64,000 nucleotides of DNA from Podospora anserina (GCA_017654855.1 CM030338.1:1798001-1862000); one strand, 5' to 3'; positions 25,001-38,401 are shown, numbered from the stretch's first letter. The notes: a model not told the origin generated them from the sequence alone. Translations and numbers: made by a program.

Positions 25001-26379
25001 GGCAAAGGAGATTGCGCAGGGGCCGTGGGAGCTGAGCGATCACGGGGGCAAGATGAAGAGGGTGTTTAGGTTCAAGGTTGACTATGTGGACATGCTGGGG
25101 AGGAGGAAGCCGGGGGAGGTGACGGACGTGCAGACGATTGACATATTCAACGATCACATCACGTATGTGGTGTCGCATGTGAGGACGCCGTGGCACTTGC
25201 CGCACTCGGGGGCTTTCAGGCTTGTGACGAAGGTGGTGATTACGCATGTGGCCAAGAGCAAGTGCAAGCTGGCGGTTTATACACGGACGAGCTGGGAGAA
25301 GGGGCAGCAGGCGTTTGCGAGGAGTATGGTGGAACGGCAGGCGCTGGATGATGCGAGGAGGGATGGGGAGGAGTTGGCCGAGGTGGCGACGGATCAAGTT
25401 AGGAAGTTGGGGATTCACAGCAGGACGAAGAGGGCGATTCAGGTGTATGGGGATGTGGGGAGGAGGGGGGACGTGGTTGTTTTCAGTCCGGATGAGGACC
25501 TGAAGGGGGATGGGGTGGGGGTGAGGCCGAGGACGTTGGGGGCCATGATGTGGGAGACGGGGAGGAGTTTCATGGAGAGCGCAATTACCAGTGTGATGAT
25601 GTGGGCTTTTGCGGCGGTGAAGAAGGTGTTTGGGGTTTTGAAGGCGAACCGGGTGATATTGGTGATGTTGGTGGTTAGCTTGGGGTATAACTTGGTTAGC
25701 TGGGGGCAGGGGACGAGCCGGTGGTGGACCGAGAGGAGGTCGGAGAGGTTTATGCAAAGGTTGGGGGTGGGACCGAATTTGGTGATGGGGAAGGCGATTT
25801 ATTTGGCGGATTTGGAGGAGGCGAGTAGAGGGTCGGCGGTGGGGATGGAGTTAGGAAGGCCGGTGGGGAGCCAGTGGTATGCTTCGCTTCTTTTCTCTGG
25901 CGGTTGATAGAGGATGCTAATTTGAGTGCAACAGTTACGACACCTTCCAGGCCATCGTCAACTCGACCAACCTCGACGCTCCTTACCAAGACGCCGGGGC
26001 AGGCTTCACCTCAGCCACCACCCGAGCAGCGGCCCGTCGTCTCCGTCGCACTCGCCAGCGTCTGGCCGGGTACAGACACGATCTCCTGGTGGCCATGCGT
26101 GTGGTCAACGGCATCGAGCTGGAGATGGTGCAGTCGGAGTGGGAGAACTGGCTCGAAGACGAGAACCAACGCTGTGAGCGGGTCGCGAGGCTCTTGACGC
26201 ACAATGCTCCCAAGCAACTCTCTCAGGAAGAAAAGGAGGAGGCTCAAAAGGTGCTTGGAGGCGGCGATGCCAGGAGGAAGGAGGCCCTCGCAAAGTGGCA
26301 TGCTGAGTACTGCGGGAGCTGTGAGGCTGATCACAGGGCTCTAATGGCGAGTAGTCAGAGGGCTTTGTTGGTCAGGTGA
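22038..26379 (+). CDS. SIP3: SIP3/LAM1-like membrane-contact-site protein (BAR-PH-GRAM-VASt/StART-TM)
   Basis: EAALDSPTFR (BAR start), EKQGWLFLR..WIRRWYY..ERRFCFEIKT (PH), GRIFVTSDRMYFY (GRAM-like), TPWHLPHS..KVVITHVAKSKCKL (VASt), TM helix; intron about 25877-25933. Confidence 0.9.
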
Positions 26380-27374
26380 GGGGGTGGGATACATACATAT
26401 TGATGGCAGCTAGTCTGTGGTACAAATAGGGGCTTTTTTCATTGGGGGAGCAAAGGCTGGGACGGTTCATTCATTCATTCTGGGGGCCGCATTACGGGGG
26501 TTAGCAAGCATTGCTCTGGGGAAGGCACAGTAGCAGGTAGCATATTTAGTAGAGCATTTATCTTGTTTAATGACAGAAATTCCATCTACAGCTGGTTTCA
26601 GTTCTTTGCACGAGGCAAATGGGCAGACATGTCTGCGTACTTCAGGTTTGGTATAGGTAGGTATATGAGAGCTTTATTATTGGTGTCGCCCCCTGAGGAT
26701 CGCCCGGCAGTGCTTACGGGTTGTGTGGAGAACAAGAGGCAACGTCATCGCCAAGATGCATGAAGTTCTGGAGTTTGACGGTCAAGGGACGCGTAAGAGA
26801 GTGACTCGGTGGTTGAAGTGTTGTTTTGGGCGTTGGCTTAGGCACCTAGGTATTGAATGCATTCGGTTCTTCAGCATCTTGGAGAAATAACTAGACAGCA
26901 GAGTGAAGAATGCCTGTGTCAAGCGATTTCTCCGGCCCGCTGCTGGTCAGCCTGCTGGCCTGGGCCGGCTCAACCCGCAGAATCAGGAGGGCAGGTTAGA
27001 TGGCCTACTGCAGCAACGGCTCCTTTGAACAAGAAAGTTTGAGCTGGTTGATTGACGCAGTGACTTGTCTCCTTCCTAAAAATACAGGCTGCCATCAACT
27101 ACCAAAAACAAGCCAGTGGCTGTGTGGGAAAATAAGTGTGGGTTTTGGTCTCGTTCAATAATGCCGAGGATGATAAGTGGTGGTTTGTTTGAGTCTTGTA
27201 ATTGATCCTCACCCCAAGAAGTTGATCATTTGTTGCCGAGCAGAGGCGAACGTGGGAAGAAGGGGACTGGAATTTATGACGTTCTTCATCCCTTCTTTTT
27301 CATCTTCTTAAGCCGATGTCTTCTTTTTACCCTTTTATTTTGACATCTTCTCTCAAACCAAAAAGTAAAAAATC

Positions 27375-28505
27375 ATGGTCCGATTATCACCACTACCTCT
27401 CGCAGCCCTCCTGCTGCCATCCCTCATCGCCGCCCAATCAACCATCCTCTCCTCACCACCACCACCACCACCACCACCACCTTCAGAAACAGCCTGCAAC
27501 AACTCCCCCGACCTCTGCTCCCGCTCCTACTCCAACATAACCCACATCGGCGCCCACAACTCGGCCTTCCTCCGCGACGCCTCCACCGGCAACTCCATCG
27601 CCGGCAACCAATACTACAACGCCACCCTCGCCCTCTCCTCCGGCCTCCGCCTCTTACAGGCTCAAGTCCACCTCCACGACAACACCCTCAAGCTCTGCCA
27701 CACCCTCTGCGACCTCCTCGACGCCGGCCCCCTCGAGACCTTCCTCTCCTCCATGGCCAGCTGGCTCTCCCTCAACCCAAACGAAGTCATCACCCTCCTC
27801 CTCGTAAACTCCGACTCCCAACCCATCACCTCCTTCGCCTCCCTCTTCGAATCCTCCTCCCTCTCCCAATACGGCTTCATCCCCACCAACACCACCACCA
27901 TTTGGGCCACCCTATCAGAAATGATATCCCTCAACCACCGCCTAGTAACCTTCATAACCAACATCACCCCCTCCCCTTCGTCTCCTTACCTCCTCCCCGA
28001 ATTCTCATACATCTTCGAGACCCCCTTCAACAACACCTCCCCCTCCTCCTTCACTTGCACCCTCGACCGCCCCCTTTCCGCCGGCGCCGCCTCCGCCGCT
28101 CTATCCTCCGGCCTGCTACCCCTGCTGAACCACTTCCTCTACGTCGACCTCTCCTCCGGGATCCAGATCCCAAACGTCGACTCCATCGACTCGACCAACT
28201 CCCCTGATCTTGTAACCACCGGTTCCTTAGGCAGACACGCAGAGCTTTGCTCCGGACAGGACCAGTGGGGCACAAAACCGGTATTTGTCCTTGTAGACTT
28301 TTTCAACCGTGGACCCGCGATAGAGACGGGCGACAGGCTCAACGGGATACAAGGGAAGACAGTTGGGAGGACAACCTTACCCGTGGAGGGGAGCGGTGGT
28401 GCAGCTGCTGGTGCTGCGACGGGGGATGCAGCCGGGGCGAGGGGGAATCTCAAGGCTTTTGGGGCGCTGGTGGGGTTTTTGGGGGTGGCCTTGGTTGTTC
28501 TCTGA
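27375..28505 (+). CDS. Secreted, probably GPI-anchored PLC-like phosphodiesterase (PI-PLC X-domain family)
   Basis: Signal peptide; ACNNSPDLCSRSYSNITHIGAHNS, GLRLLQAQVH, LCHTLCDLLDAG and PVFVLVDFFNRG; small-residue omega region and hydrophobic C-terminus. Confidence 0.88.
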   Translation: MVRLSPLPLAALLLPSLIAAQSTILSSPPPPPPPPPSETACNNSPDLCSRSYSNITHIGAHNSAFLRDASTGNSIAGNQYYNATLALSSGLRLLQAQVHLHDNTLKLCHTLCDLLDAGPLETFLSSMASWLSLNPNEVITLLLVNSDSQPITSFASLFESSSLSQYGFIPTNTTTIWATLSEMISLNHRLVTFITNITPSPSSPYLLPEFSYIFETPFNNTSPSSFTCTLDRPLSAGAASAALSSGLLPLLNHFLYVDLSSGIQIPNVDSIDSTNSPDLVTTGSLGRHAELCSGQDQWGTKPVFVLVDFFNRGPAIETGDRLNGIQGKTVGRTTLPVEGSGGAAAGAATGDAAGARGNLKAFGALVGFLGVALVVL

Positions 28506-31500
28506 TCCGGTGTGGTTTTTTTTGGGTCAAATGATTGGAAACGAACACAGCATAACATAGCATAGCGAGGGCGTTTGGTTCAAACTCTGAACTTGATATT
28601 GGATATCTGGATACCTAGTGAAGATAAGACAAGAAAAAAAGAATGTAGCAACAGATAAATTGCGAAAGTCCCCTATGGTAAATAATAACAAGGTTCCGCA
28701 CTCAAAAAACATTGCATGTGATTCAGTCTAGTCTAATACGCTCTGGGAGAACCAGGCGCATCCTGTGACTCAAGGACAGCAAAGGGGGAGGTTGAGCTGA
28801 ACGAATCAGGAAGAAGACAACTATGTTTGTGATTATGGGACGAATCGGGGAAAGGAGAAGGGAGCAAAAAGGGAGGAAAAGGAGGTAGGAGAGAAGTTGA
28901 GGGCAGCAACACTGGCCCGGGAAGGGCGAGGGCGACGACGACGACGACAACACCCCCCTCAACTGAATACGAACTCCGGACAACGCTACTCCGTAACAAG
29001 CTCGATGAGAGAGAAAAGAGAAAAAAAAGCCCAGATAACAGCTTTAGAGTTTTGCAAGAGAGGGGAGTGCTGCCGTCATATCTGTCGTCGTCGGCGTTGC
29101 CGTGGGGAAGTTTGCTCGTGATGGAATGGTTCAAAGGGATGATGTTCAAAGTGGAAATGGGAAAAAATTGACCAGGCAGAGGTTGAGAAAACTTTCTGTA
29201 CTGTGGAGTCGCATGCACAGACCATACCATAGCTTGGTAGTGGGGCACCAATCTCTACAACGGATCGCCCTGCTGGAAGCTCACTGTAGCTTCGCTGTAG
29301 CTTCACTGCAAGTGTGAAGCTGCTTGTACTTGCTGATAGTCCAAGCTGTTGTGTTGTGGGGAAGTGAGGGTTGGGGTCGTACCCTCCTCCTTATGATGAG
29401 GTGCTGCTTGTCAAGAGGTTTGGATTTCCTGGGTTATTTAAAAAAGGGGTGTTATAACCTCTGGTGTGTCTCATGGGTGTGCAGTTGTTGCAAGCTGACC
29501 ACAAAACTGTTGAGAAAGTGATGGCACGAAATGACTCTCGGACCAACGAGCCAATGTTCCTTCTTCTTTTGTTGAGAAACAGTTGACGCATAGAGACTCA
29601 TGGTGTTGCGAGCATTGTGAGGTGGAAAGAGCATACGTACCTAGGCATTATCGTACTTTCCAACTGTGGGGTGCCAGGGAGGAGCTGTCTCTGGGTATGA
29701 ACCTTCTTTTGCTGGGAAGGGGAGCTTCTATTTAGAAAGGGCATCCAGGGAGGGAGCTCATCCGTCAATGGTCCACGTTTTGGCAAGGAGCTCTTCCTCT
29801 GAGGAGCTCCCGTAGGTTGCACCTACCTACTTCGGGAATATTCCACAGGAAAGCAACCATCTTTGGAAGCGCCTTTTGGAAGCCGCAAATTGAGAAAGCT
29901 GCTGTTGACGTGGCCGTGTTCTTTTGGGAGAAACCTCTCGTATGTGATTGCTACGGTGGAAGCCCGACTTCTGGAAGCTGAGAGCACGAGGTCCAATTAC
30001 GTAGCTCCAGGGTAATTTCTATGACGGTGGTTGGAGGAGTACTGCGATTGCTGGGTGTGGACGGCGTGAAGATGGTGAAATTGGGTGATCCGGGGAAGGG
30101 TCCTGTGAGACCGTAGTGTTGCCCGTTCTTCACCTTGGTGTCGACGAGAGACTGACAAGAGCGGTGCTGATTCACGGAGAGAGCTCCGGGGTGGCCTGCT
30201 CGCTCATGTTGCCACACCTGGCGTTCCGGAAGCCACATGATGGCGGTGCCGAAATCATACTCAAGCGCAACGGCACTCCCGCAAAGTTCGGAACCACGTG
30301 GGAACCTAAGAGTTGAACTGTCATGTAGTCTGTCAATACCTGGTCATAACCAAATACGAGTCAGCGCGACAGAAGCTTGGTTTGGTAGGCGTCCACCGGT
30401 CGGTTGACACAATGGATCATGGGGCTTTTCATCGAGATCTGAGTGTGGAGTGGTGACCACCGGAAAATCGGCCATCGATAATGTCTGGGGAAGGGAAGCC
30501 GTTGGCAGATACATTCTTTATTTTAATTATGCTTAACTCACAGCTTTGTGGAGCAGTATCGTGACGTGTTGGAATTCTTTAGCTTGCGAAATCGGTGAAA
30601 CCTGAGCTTTGCGGGGACCTTTCGAAAGATCTCCTTTCTAAAGCTGAGTTTGATGGTCGAATAGGATGTCGTCCCCTTGGTTTGGGTTGATGGTTTTCGA
30701 ATTGATAACTACAAGAAAAGTTCTCAGTTGCTATTAGACACAAGGGCCTTGTTCTACCCTTTTCTTTGTAGACAACCTCGTGTAGTTGGATGTTTACTTA
30801 CAGCTCTAGCGATATGCACCAATGCTTCTTAAGAACGTCCTTGCTCAGCTAGAGGTTCAACATCATCAGTCTATGCTTCAACCGCTCAGGTTGTACAAAA
30901 ATACCCTGACATGCTCCGGTGTCACACTCGCAACCAATGGCAAGCACCGCCCGCTGAACTGCGTTGGTGCATGTATTGTTGCTGAGCCGCAAGATTACTT
31001 TTGAAGCGAAAGCGAATGGAGCATGACGGCAGCTCAGGATGAGGGGGCCGATTGATGTTCTGGCAATAGCAGAGGGTTCTATAAACTCTTTCCCAGCCAC
31101 CGGCATCTGGCCGACTCAGAAGCAAACCCGAGAGCTTGGATCTGGGTGCACACGGCATGCGAGGAAGGCCTGCTGCCTTTTCCTAGATCTCCGGTGTGCC
31201 ATGTCAGTCAGCACATACGGCAGACAGGGACGTGGATTCGATCGATCGGCAGGGCTGAAACCGTCTGGCAGCTACTCGTACAGAAACCGGGGGGGCTCTG
31301 GGGGTGATTTCTTCCATGTGTTCTCTGTCGACCGAAAATGTCATGCTGGTTTGCTGTGTTGGTCAGATATTTGTGTCGTTGACTCGGGCACCCTCTCGAA
31401 ACGGCAATGCATCGCGATGGGATACGCTTTCGAAGGTCGTCGGCGTGGCCGTGAATCAAGGTTTGTATGCTGGACGCTAGCCTCGCATCCGGACTCGGTG

Positions 31501-33414
31501 ACGGCGACTCGTAGGTCCCATGCAATGGCTTGGGCTTTAAGCTCTCGGTCCTTCACCGAAAGGTCTGGCGAGTGCATCCGTCGAACTCGAGCCTGTCACG
31601 TCAAGGCAGATAGATGGCAGACGGTGTAATACCGACCCCTTCTTACAGAGAGTGGCATCCCATCCTTCTTTGGCGCGGCCCTGTCGAAGCTCAAGTACTG
31701 CAGACCCCCTGCATCCCCTGCATGCCGTCCCCTTTGGGCTAGACGTGTGATAGGTCAGAGATAGATTGAGCCCTTTGGGGAGGTGTTGAAGCTGGAGCAT
31801 GTGTGGTCTTTCAGAACACAGCGGCAGGCAGCATTCATTGGCGAAAGGGCGTGAGGGCTGCGGCGCGGCTAAAAACAAGCAGGATGAACATGATTATGGA
31901 GGCACCAAGTATTCCACTCGAGATCGCGATGCAAGGGGGTGCTTCAAGTGAGCATTGAAGAAAGAAACAAGTCATCAGGAAGACCTAGAGCAAAGGCTGA
32001 GAAGAGAAAATATCCCCCTTCCCCAAAAATAATTACTCATCGACTTGCGCAAGTATAAAACCAGCCAGGGCATCGAAGGGCTTGGCCTATTCGAGAAGGT
32101 AAAGAGGTTAGTGCGCCTCAGACTTGCATTCAAGAACCCACGCTTTGGACACCCCGCGGCTACTCGTCTCAATGCCACCAAGGACAGCCCGTCCCTTTTG
32201 GATCGAGACCGACGCCAGGCACGGCTTGTGGTCGAGTTGGGAAGGTAGAGCATTCTGCATTGAAATTGTATCGATATTGAACAATGGGGAGAATGGGCAT
32301 CAGAGATGATGTACAACCGCTATCATAGCTGTTTGGTGATGCTGACGTGCTCTCCGAGTCCTTCTTCTCCATAATCCGGGGACTATATGATGCGATACCA
32401 TGACGATCACTCCGTGTTGGTTTGATCGTTCTTGCACCTAGCTTCAAGGCGCGGGGTGGCAGTGGTGCGCATCGGTGGCCCAGAATGCTCATATGACCCA
32501 AGAGGACGGGTCTTCCCGAGTAATAATGGGTAGTGATGACGGGATGGATGTCTTTGTTGAGACACAAGAAGCACAAGAAACACGAGAAGACACCAAAAAG
32601 AGACACAAAGACAAAGAAGGGCCCGTGATGATGATTAATACAGTAATGACAGGCTTATCGGCCTTAGCGTGTTCTACAGCCCTTCTCGAAGGCAGCCAGA
32701 AGCTTGGATGGTTTGTCGAGAGCCAACCCGCCCCCCGGCTATCCCTGAGATTGCACCTTTCCCGCCTTTGCAGCTGCGCTTCCGTGCGCTTCATCTGGGC
32801 GGGCGCTGTGAATGGCTGGACCGGGGTGCCGACCGCGAGGAGGGGGCGCTTCTCCACACCTTCTAGTAACCCTGCTCGAAAACCCCCCCCCTTCCATTTC
32901 CAGGTTACTCATTCCACCATCTTTCCTCCACTGCCCGCTAAAACACCTGGTCTCGCGCCAGTTGCCAGACGCCAGACGCCGGCGTTCCCCAACTCAATCA
33001 AGTCACCTTCTGGAATAAAACCACGGTCTGTGAAATCCGGTACCTACTGATCGTGGCTCCCATCGTAGTGCCCGGTCCGCCTTCTCCATGGTTCCCTTCT
33101 GATCTTGCCCCAGTCGTGGTGCTCCCCGGGGGTGGACGAACGAGAGGGACTGCCATACCTTATCCGTATATTATTTCACGGGCACCTACCCCTGTTCCAT
33201 TCATCTTTTGTTCCCTCACCTACAGCGTCCCCGAAATCCTTCAGAGACACACACAGCTTGCAATCGCGCCCCATAGGCACCGCGCACCATCTGTGGTTTG
33301 TGAACAGGTGCCGTGCGTTGCGTTGCCTCGAGCCGAAAGACTCGAGCCTTCTTTCTTGCTTCGTTTCTGTCTCCCTCTCTTCTCCCGTCTACTACCTACC
33401 ACCACCCTCGCTCA

Positions 33415-33700
33415 CCACACACACACACACACACACATACACACGCACGAACCCGTCCAACACAGCACACAGCGCACGCCCATCCCACCCGCAACGGGCG
33501 CACACAGTGGACGACAGAGACACACAAGACACCCGTCCAGGTATGACCGAGTATTGTTCGCTCCATCCCTTCCATTGTTTCCTTTGCTCTTCCTGGTCGA
33601 CTCTTCCCAATCCCGTTGCTTCCCCCCCTCCTGTCCCCACCCGCCTGCTCCTAGCTCGAACCCACACAAGCTCGCACACACACACACACACACACACACA
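33415..33700. repeat. Two (CA)n microsatellites (about 33415-33445 and 33675-33700) upstream of PDE2
   Basis: Direct read. Confidence 0.85.
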
Positions 33701-34265
33701 TCGTCTTGATCCACGCGCGACCCCAGGCCGTTCTCCGGCACTCAGTCGCTCGCTCGAATTGATGACCCCAACCTGGCAGCTCTTTTCTTCTGTTGGTCCG
33801 CGCCCGCAGTCCCTCCACCACCATCCTATCGCACAGCTCTCTGTACCGAGCCTCGTCTTATCTGATTGAACTTGTCGCGCGGCATGTCTAACTTGCAGCA
33901 GTCCGTTGAACACCCCCATCACCCTACGGCGGATTCATTCTGAGCTGGATTGGAAACCGAATTGGATTTCACGACGCCTGTCGACATCGAACCTCCGGTC
34001 ACTAGACCCTGGCGATCACCCTCTTGGTAGCAGCAGCATCCAGGACCCGACACTATTCCACGACGTATGCGTGACTGGTCCTCGTCAGTTCTTGGATCGC
34101 ATCTCTGCGCCCTTTCGCCGTCCTAGTCGCGGCCAGGCCTGGTGAATCCGATCAAGTCTGCGGGTACAGAAATCGTGAACAAGACCTCTGTTTTGTTGTC
34201 GCCAACCCAATCTCCCGCGGTGGAAAGGTTCAGCCACGTCTGGCTGGAAAGGGCTTCAAGGGAGC

Positions 34266-36727
34266 ATGGAAAACCCAATGGAGAGTGCGAAATGCAATGT
34301 GATATACGTTCACCGCGCTGTTTCTGAGGACCGACATGTCCAATCAAGTCATGGTTTATCTGGCAGCGGAGTGTCTGGCTCGCTCGAGGACAATGTCCGT
34401 CTCATTTCGAGCGCTTTCGAGAGCGGTAGGCAAACAACTCCAATGATCGTGAGCAGCTGTGAGCTTTGCTAATACTCGAGCTTAGTTTTTCTGTGTGGCA
34501 CAGGGGAAGCTTGCCTTGGCCACTTGCGGATGCTTGACTCGGAGCCGTCGACCAAAACCAAACCAACAATCATTTTCCTAGACACCCCCGCTCAGGAGCC
34601 AATACCAGGCAATAAGTGGTGGGAATTTCCCACCGAACCGGATCTCTATGGGTTTGACTTGCTGCAATGGATAGACGGAGACTCACGCGCCAAGAGGATG
34701 TCTAACCTTGTCACAGTGGTTCCTGTGGTCACTCGGCAAGACAGCTCGCTGGCTATCGATCCCGAAGTTCTCAGGTCGTTGCGAATTCAACTTGTCTCCC
34801 GTGGGGCTACCGATGCTGTGTTGAGCCCACTCAGCTCCAGTTGTCTTGACGACATCAGGGTACATGTTGAACGGGTGTGCCGAAATCGAAATGCATTCAG
34901 CCCACATGGAAGAAACAACAACAACAACCTAGTCGGCGAGACCATGATATCAACCCTCCTGCCCGACCTCTGTACTTCATTTCAAGGAATCGACGTCCCC
35001 CTCAACTGGGAGGAAACTCGCATTGATGCCGAAAAAAAGGCCCTGCTTTCGCACGCTATCGGCCAATTTCAATTTGACGCTCCGCAATTCGAACGCGAAG
35101 AACTGAAGGTGGCGGCGTCACTCATATTCGAGCATGCCTTTTCAGCGCCTGAGCTGGCCCCGTGGCGGTTAGAGAGAGGTAGGCACTGCTGCTCGTCGTC
35201 TGTCCTTCTGTTTTGTTTATGCTCTGTTATGCTGACCTCTCTTTCGCAGGACAACTGCAAGCCTTTATTGACGCTTGCTGTGCCGCGTATAAGAGTGATG
35301 TGGAATATCACAACTTTTGCCACGTGGTCGACGTTTTGCAACACATTTTCCACACTCTTGTTCGCATAGGAGCATTGCCTCCTTATCCACCTACCTCTAG
35401 CACCACTCCCAGGCCTACCTCAGACTCTGAGTTCGCGCAGTGCATCGAGCCCCACATAGCACTCACACTCCTCGTCACCGCCATTGGTCATGATGTTGGG
35501 CATCCAGGAGTCAACAACGGCTTCCTGGTGAAGACCAACGACCCGCTCGCCCGATTGTACAGTGATCGGTCCGTTTTGGAATCCTATCATTGTGCCGCCT
35601 TCACGGATATCCTACGCAAGTACTGGCCCAAATTCTACAAATGCGCCACCATGAAGAAGCTTGTGATCGACTCCATCTTGGCCACCGATATGGGTGTGCA
35701 CGACAACTATATGGTGCAACTGAGGGGTGTTTTGGACAGGATCCGCAAGGCTCGCGAAGGACAAGAGGACATGGCTCGAAATCACTCGCCTTTCCACATG
35801 GATATGGAGCCGAAGCAGACGCTGATCTGTGCGCTTTTGATCAAGTGCGCCGACATCAGCAACGTTGTAAGTGGTCGCCACTCATGTGAACAAAAACACT
35901 AGTCTTACCAGCTGATATAGGCTCGAGGGTACGACACAGCCGTGACATGGATGCATACCCTGTCCAGGGAAACGGCCCAGCAACGACAAAAAGAGAGAGA
36001 GAGAAACGTGCCGACGTCCGTTCACTCGCTGCCTGGCAATGACCAGCTGACTCTTGCTTCGAACCAACTGTTGTTTATGAATAAGTTCGCAGCTCCCCTG
36101 TTCGTGGGCGTGGCGGAACTCATTCCGGAGTTGAGTTTCTGCGTCGAGGCAATCAAGGAGAACAAACTGAAGTTCGAGGCCATCTTGAAAGACGGGGATG
36201 AGCATGAGAGCTCGCCCTCTCAGACGGATTTCCCCAATGCTCAAAGGCCAAACTCATCACAAAATTCCATGCAGCCCGCAGCCAGCCGGCCCAATCCCCC
36301 CGAAATCAACGGCATCAACACAAGCTTTGACGCGGTGGACGACGATTCGCACTCTCACTGTGCCCACAGGCAGCGATGCAGCGAGACGACCGAGCTGAGC
36401 TCAGCACCAGACAGTGCCGGTACAGGGAAGATGCCCCTATCACCCAGCACGCAGGGAACGAGCATTGTGAGCATCAATTCGTCGGTTGACCCTCCCGTCA
36501 GTTGTGCAGTGACAAGCAGCACTCCGGATTCCTTCAGGAACCAGGGGAAAGGGGCTTTCCAGCACCAAGCCTCGCCTAACAGTGGATACCTGAATGGAAA
36601 CACTAATCTTGGTGGATCTGACACACAATTGGGCTTGGCTCCGGGCGGACAGTTAAAGAAGAAAACCAGCTTTATCCAGAGGTTCGGGGATATGTGGAAG
36701 AGGTCTCCTAAAAGTTCGAGCCCATAG
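34266..36727 (+). CDS. PDE2: High-affinity class I 3',5'-cyclic nucleotide phosphodiesterase, about 758 aa, 3 introns
   Basis: YHNFCHVVDV, HDVGHPGVNN, SVLESYH, ILATDM, IKCADISN and NQLLFM motifs; introns 34426-34485, 35179-35249 and 35867-35920 keep the frame. Confidence 0.92.
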
Positions 36728-38370
36728 CTCCGCCACGCATTTGGTCGGATGAGTTGAGGAGCAGTCCCCACTGCGACTTCACCTACCCGACAGAACTCGA
36801 ACCTCCTTCGCACGCAAGCAAGTGCAGGAGCATACATTCGCATACCGCATCACCCATTTCCAATGCTTGCCGAGACCTACTCAGTCTTCGGGTCCGCGGC
36901 ATTGTGTAGTCGCCATTTCCATCAGCCGCGCCGACGACGACGACGAAGAAGAAGAAGAAGAATGTGTACGAGTTAGTTAACACTGTAGGGGAGCTCAAGG
37001 AGTCTTGTTCTGCATGTTACTTTGGGGAAATGCATTTGTATTGTATAATAAGGGTTCAGGGACAAGGCTCGGGGACGCAAACCTTTCTTCATTCTATTTT
37101 AGCTCTTCTTTTTTTCTTTTCTCGATTTGGTCTTTTTTCAACCTTCTTTTTGGGCATGATTGATGGACCCTCCCCTTTTCTTGTCCGGTCATCGGATAAG
37201 ATACCTTTTTGTTTTCTTTGAAAGATTAGGATGCCGGAAAGGCATCCGGGATTACGGATTCTTGAAGTGGGTGTTTTGATAAAAAGGGGGCGGGTCAGGG
37301 AAGGGGGGTTTGTAGATGGATGGGGTGGGTTGGAAGGGCTTAAAGGCATGGAAATCCGGGGGGGGTGGCCCTATAAGACATGAATTAATCATTCATAGCA
37401 CTGATTGGTTGCCACATTCTTGTTGTTTTGCTCTCTTGTTTTCGTGATGGCTTTTTTTGTTGTCTTTACGCGTACGACAGTTTGTGTGTTTTGGTGTCTG
37501 CTCGTTTGGACTTGACATTGTTTTGCTTCCCCTGTTTTGTTTGTTACATTTGTCCTTATACACACTCCCTAGACCACATGTATTACTGCCGTTCGATAGT
37601 AGAAGTTATTTTCTTTTCATTTTGTTTCCTTGGCTCAATCCCCATCTCGACATACTCATGGTTACAGAGCCGGAGAGTATCAGAGGAGGAAGCAGCACAC
37701 AGAGAAGACCGCCACGACGACTCGGTAGAGAGACGACACACGACGACACACGGTCAATACGACACAGACACACAGACATACACTCACACACTCACGGAAG
37801 AAACGCAGCACACGACGATGGTTCCACTCTCAGGGCGAGGACACCACACGATGGCGAGCATACGAAGAGTGATAACCTGACTCACGACTGTCAAGACCAC
37901 AATATGTGGTCAAGACACTCCCACGAGCGAAGAAAGATATAGCCGAAAGGCTGTGCCATGGTCGAGGGAGGATTCCACGAAGACGACCCAGAAGGCAGAA
38001 GAACAACACGACGGATCTCGGCAACACACTTGACCCAAAGGACGCGACCTCGGGACTACAAACTGCAACAACAGCAATTTCGATATCTTACAACCACATT
38101 TGAGGGGAACCACCCACCAAGACAACCACACAAACACACCCACACACGACGACAACAATATAAAGCCACACATAACAGCAGAAACCTCGACTACAAAGGG
38201 GAGACGGTACCAGCCTCGAAAAAGGTGCCTCCCAAACGGCTTCTTCCTGGCCTCTCTGTTTCATGGCAAGGTTTAACACTGAGCAGTCTACATCTCGGTC
38301 AACAGGACCAGGAGTTAACACCAATAACATGGACGAGTTTCGACACCGATATACAAAGGGCTGTGGCGCA

Positions 38371-38371
<1 letters not shown>

Positions 38372-38401
<30 letters not shown>

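Noticed and set aside
18824-25757. Long Pro/His/Leu-rich antisense ORFs over APC4 and SIP3 (384, 546 and 612 aa)
   Set aside because: By-products of G-rich sense codons that remove antisense stops
37870-37960. Hammerhead ribozyme
   Set aside because: Core CUGANGA is absent (the sequence reads CUGACUC)
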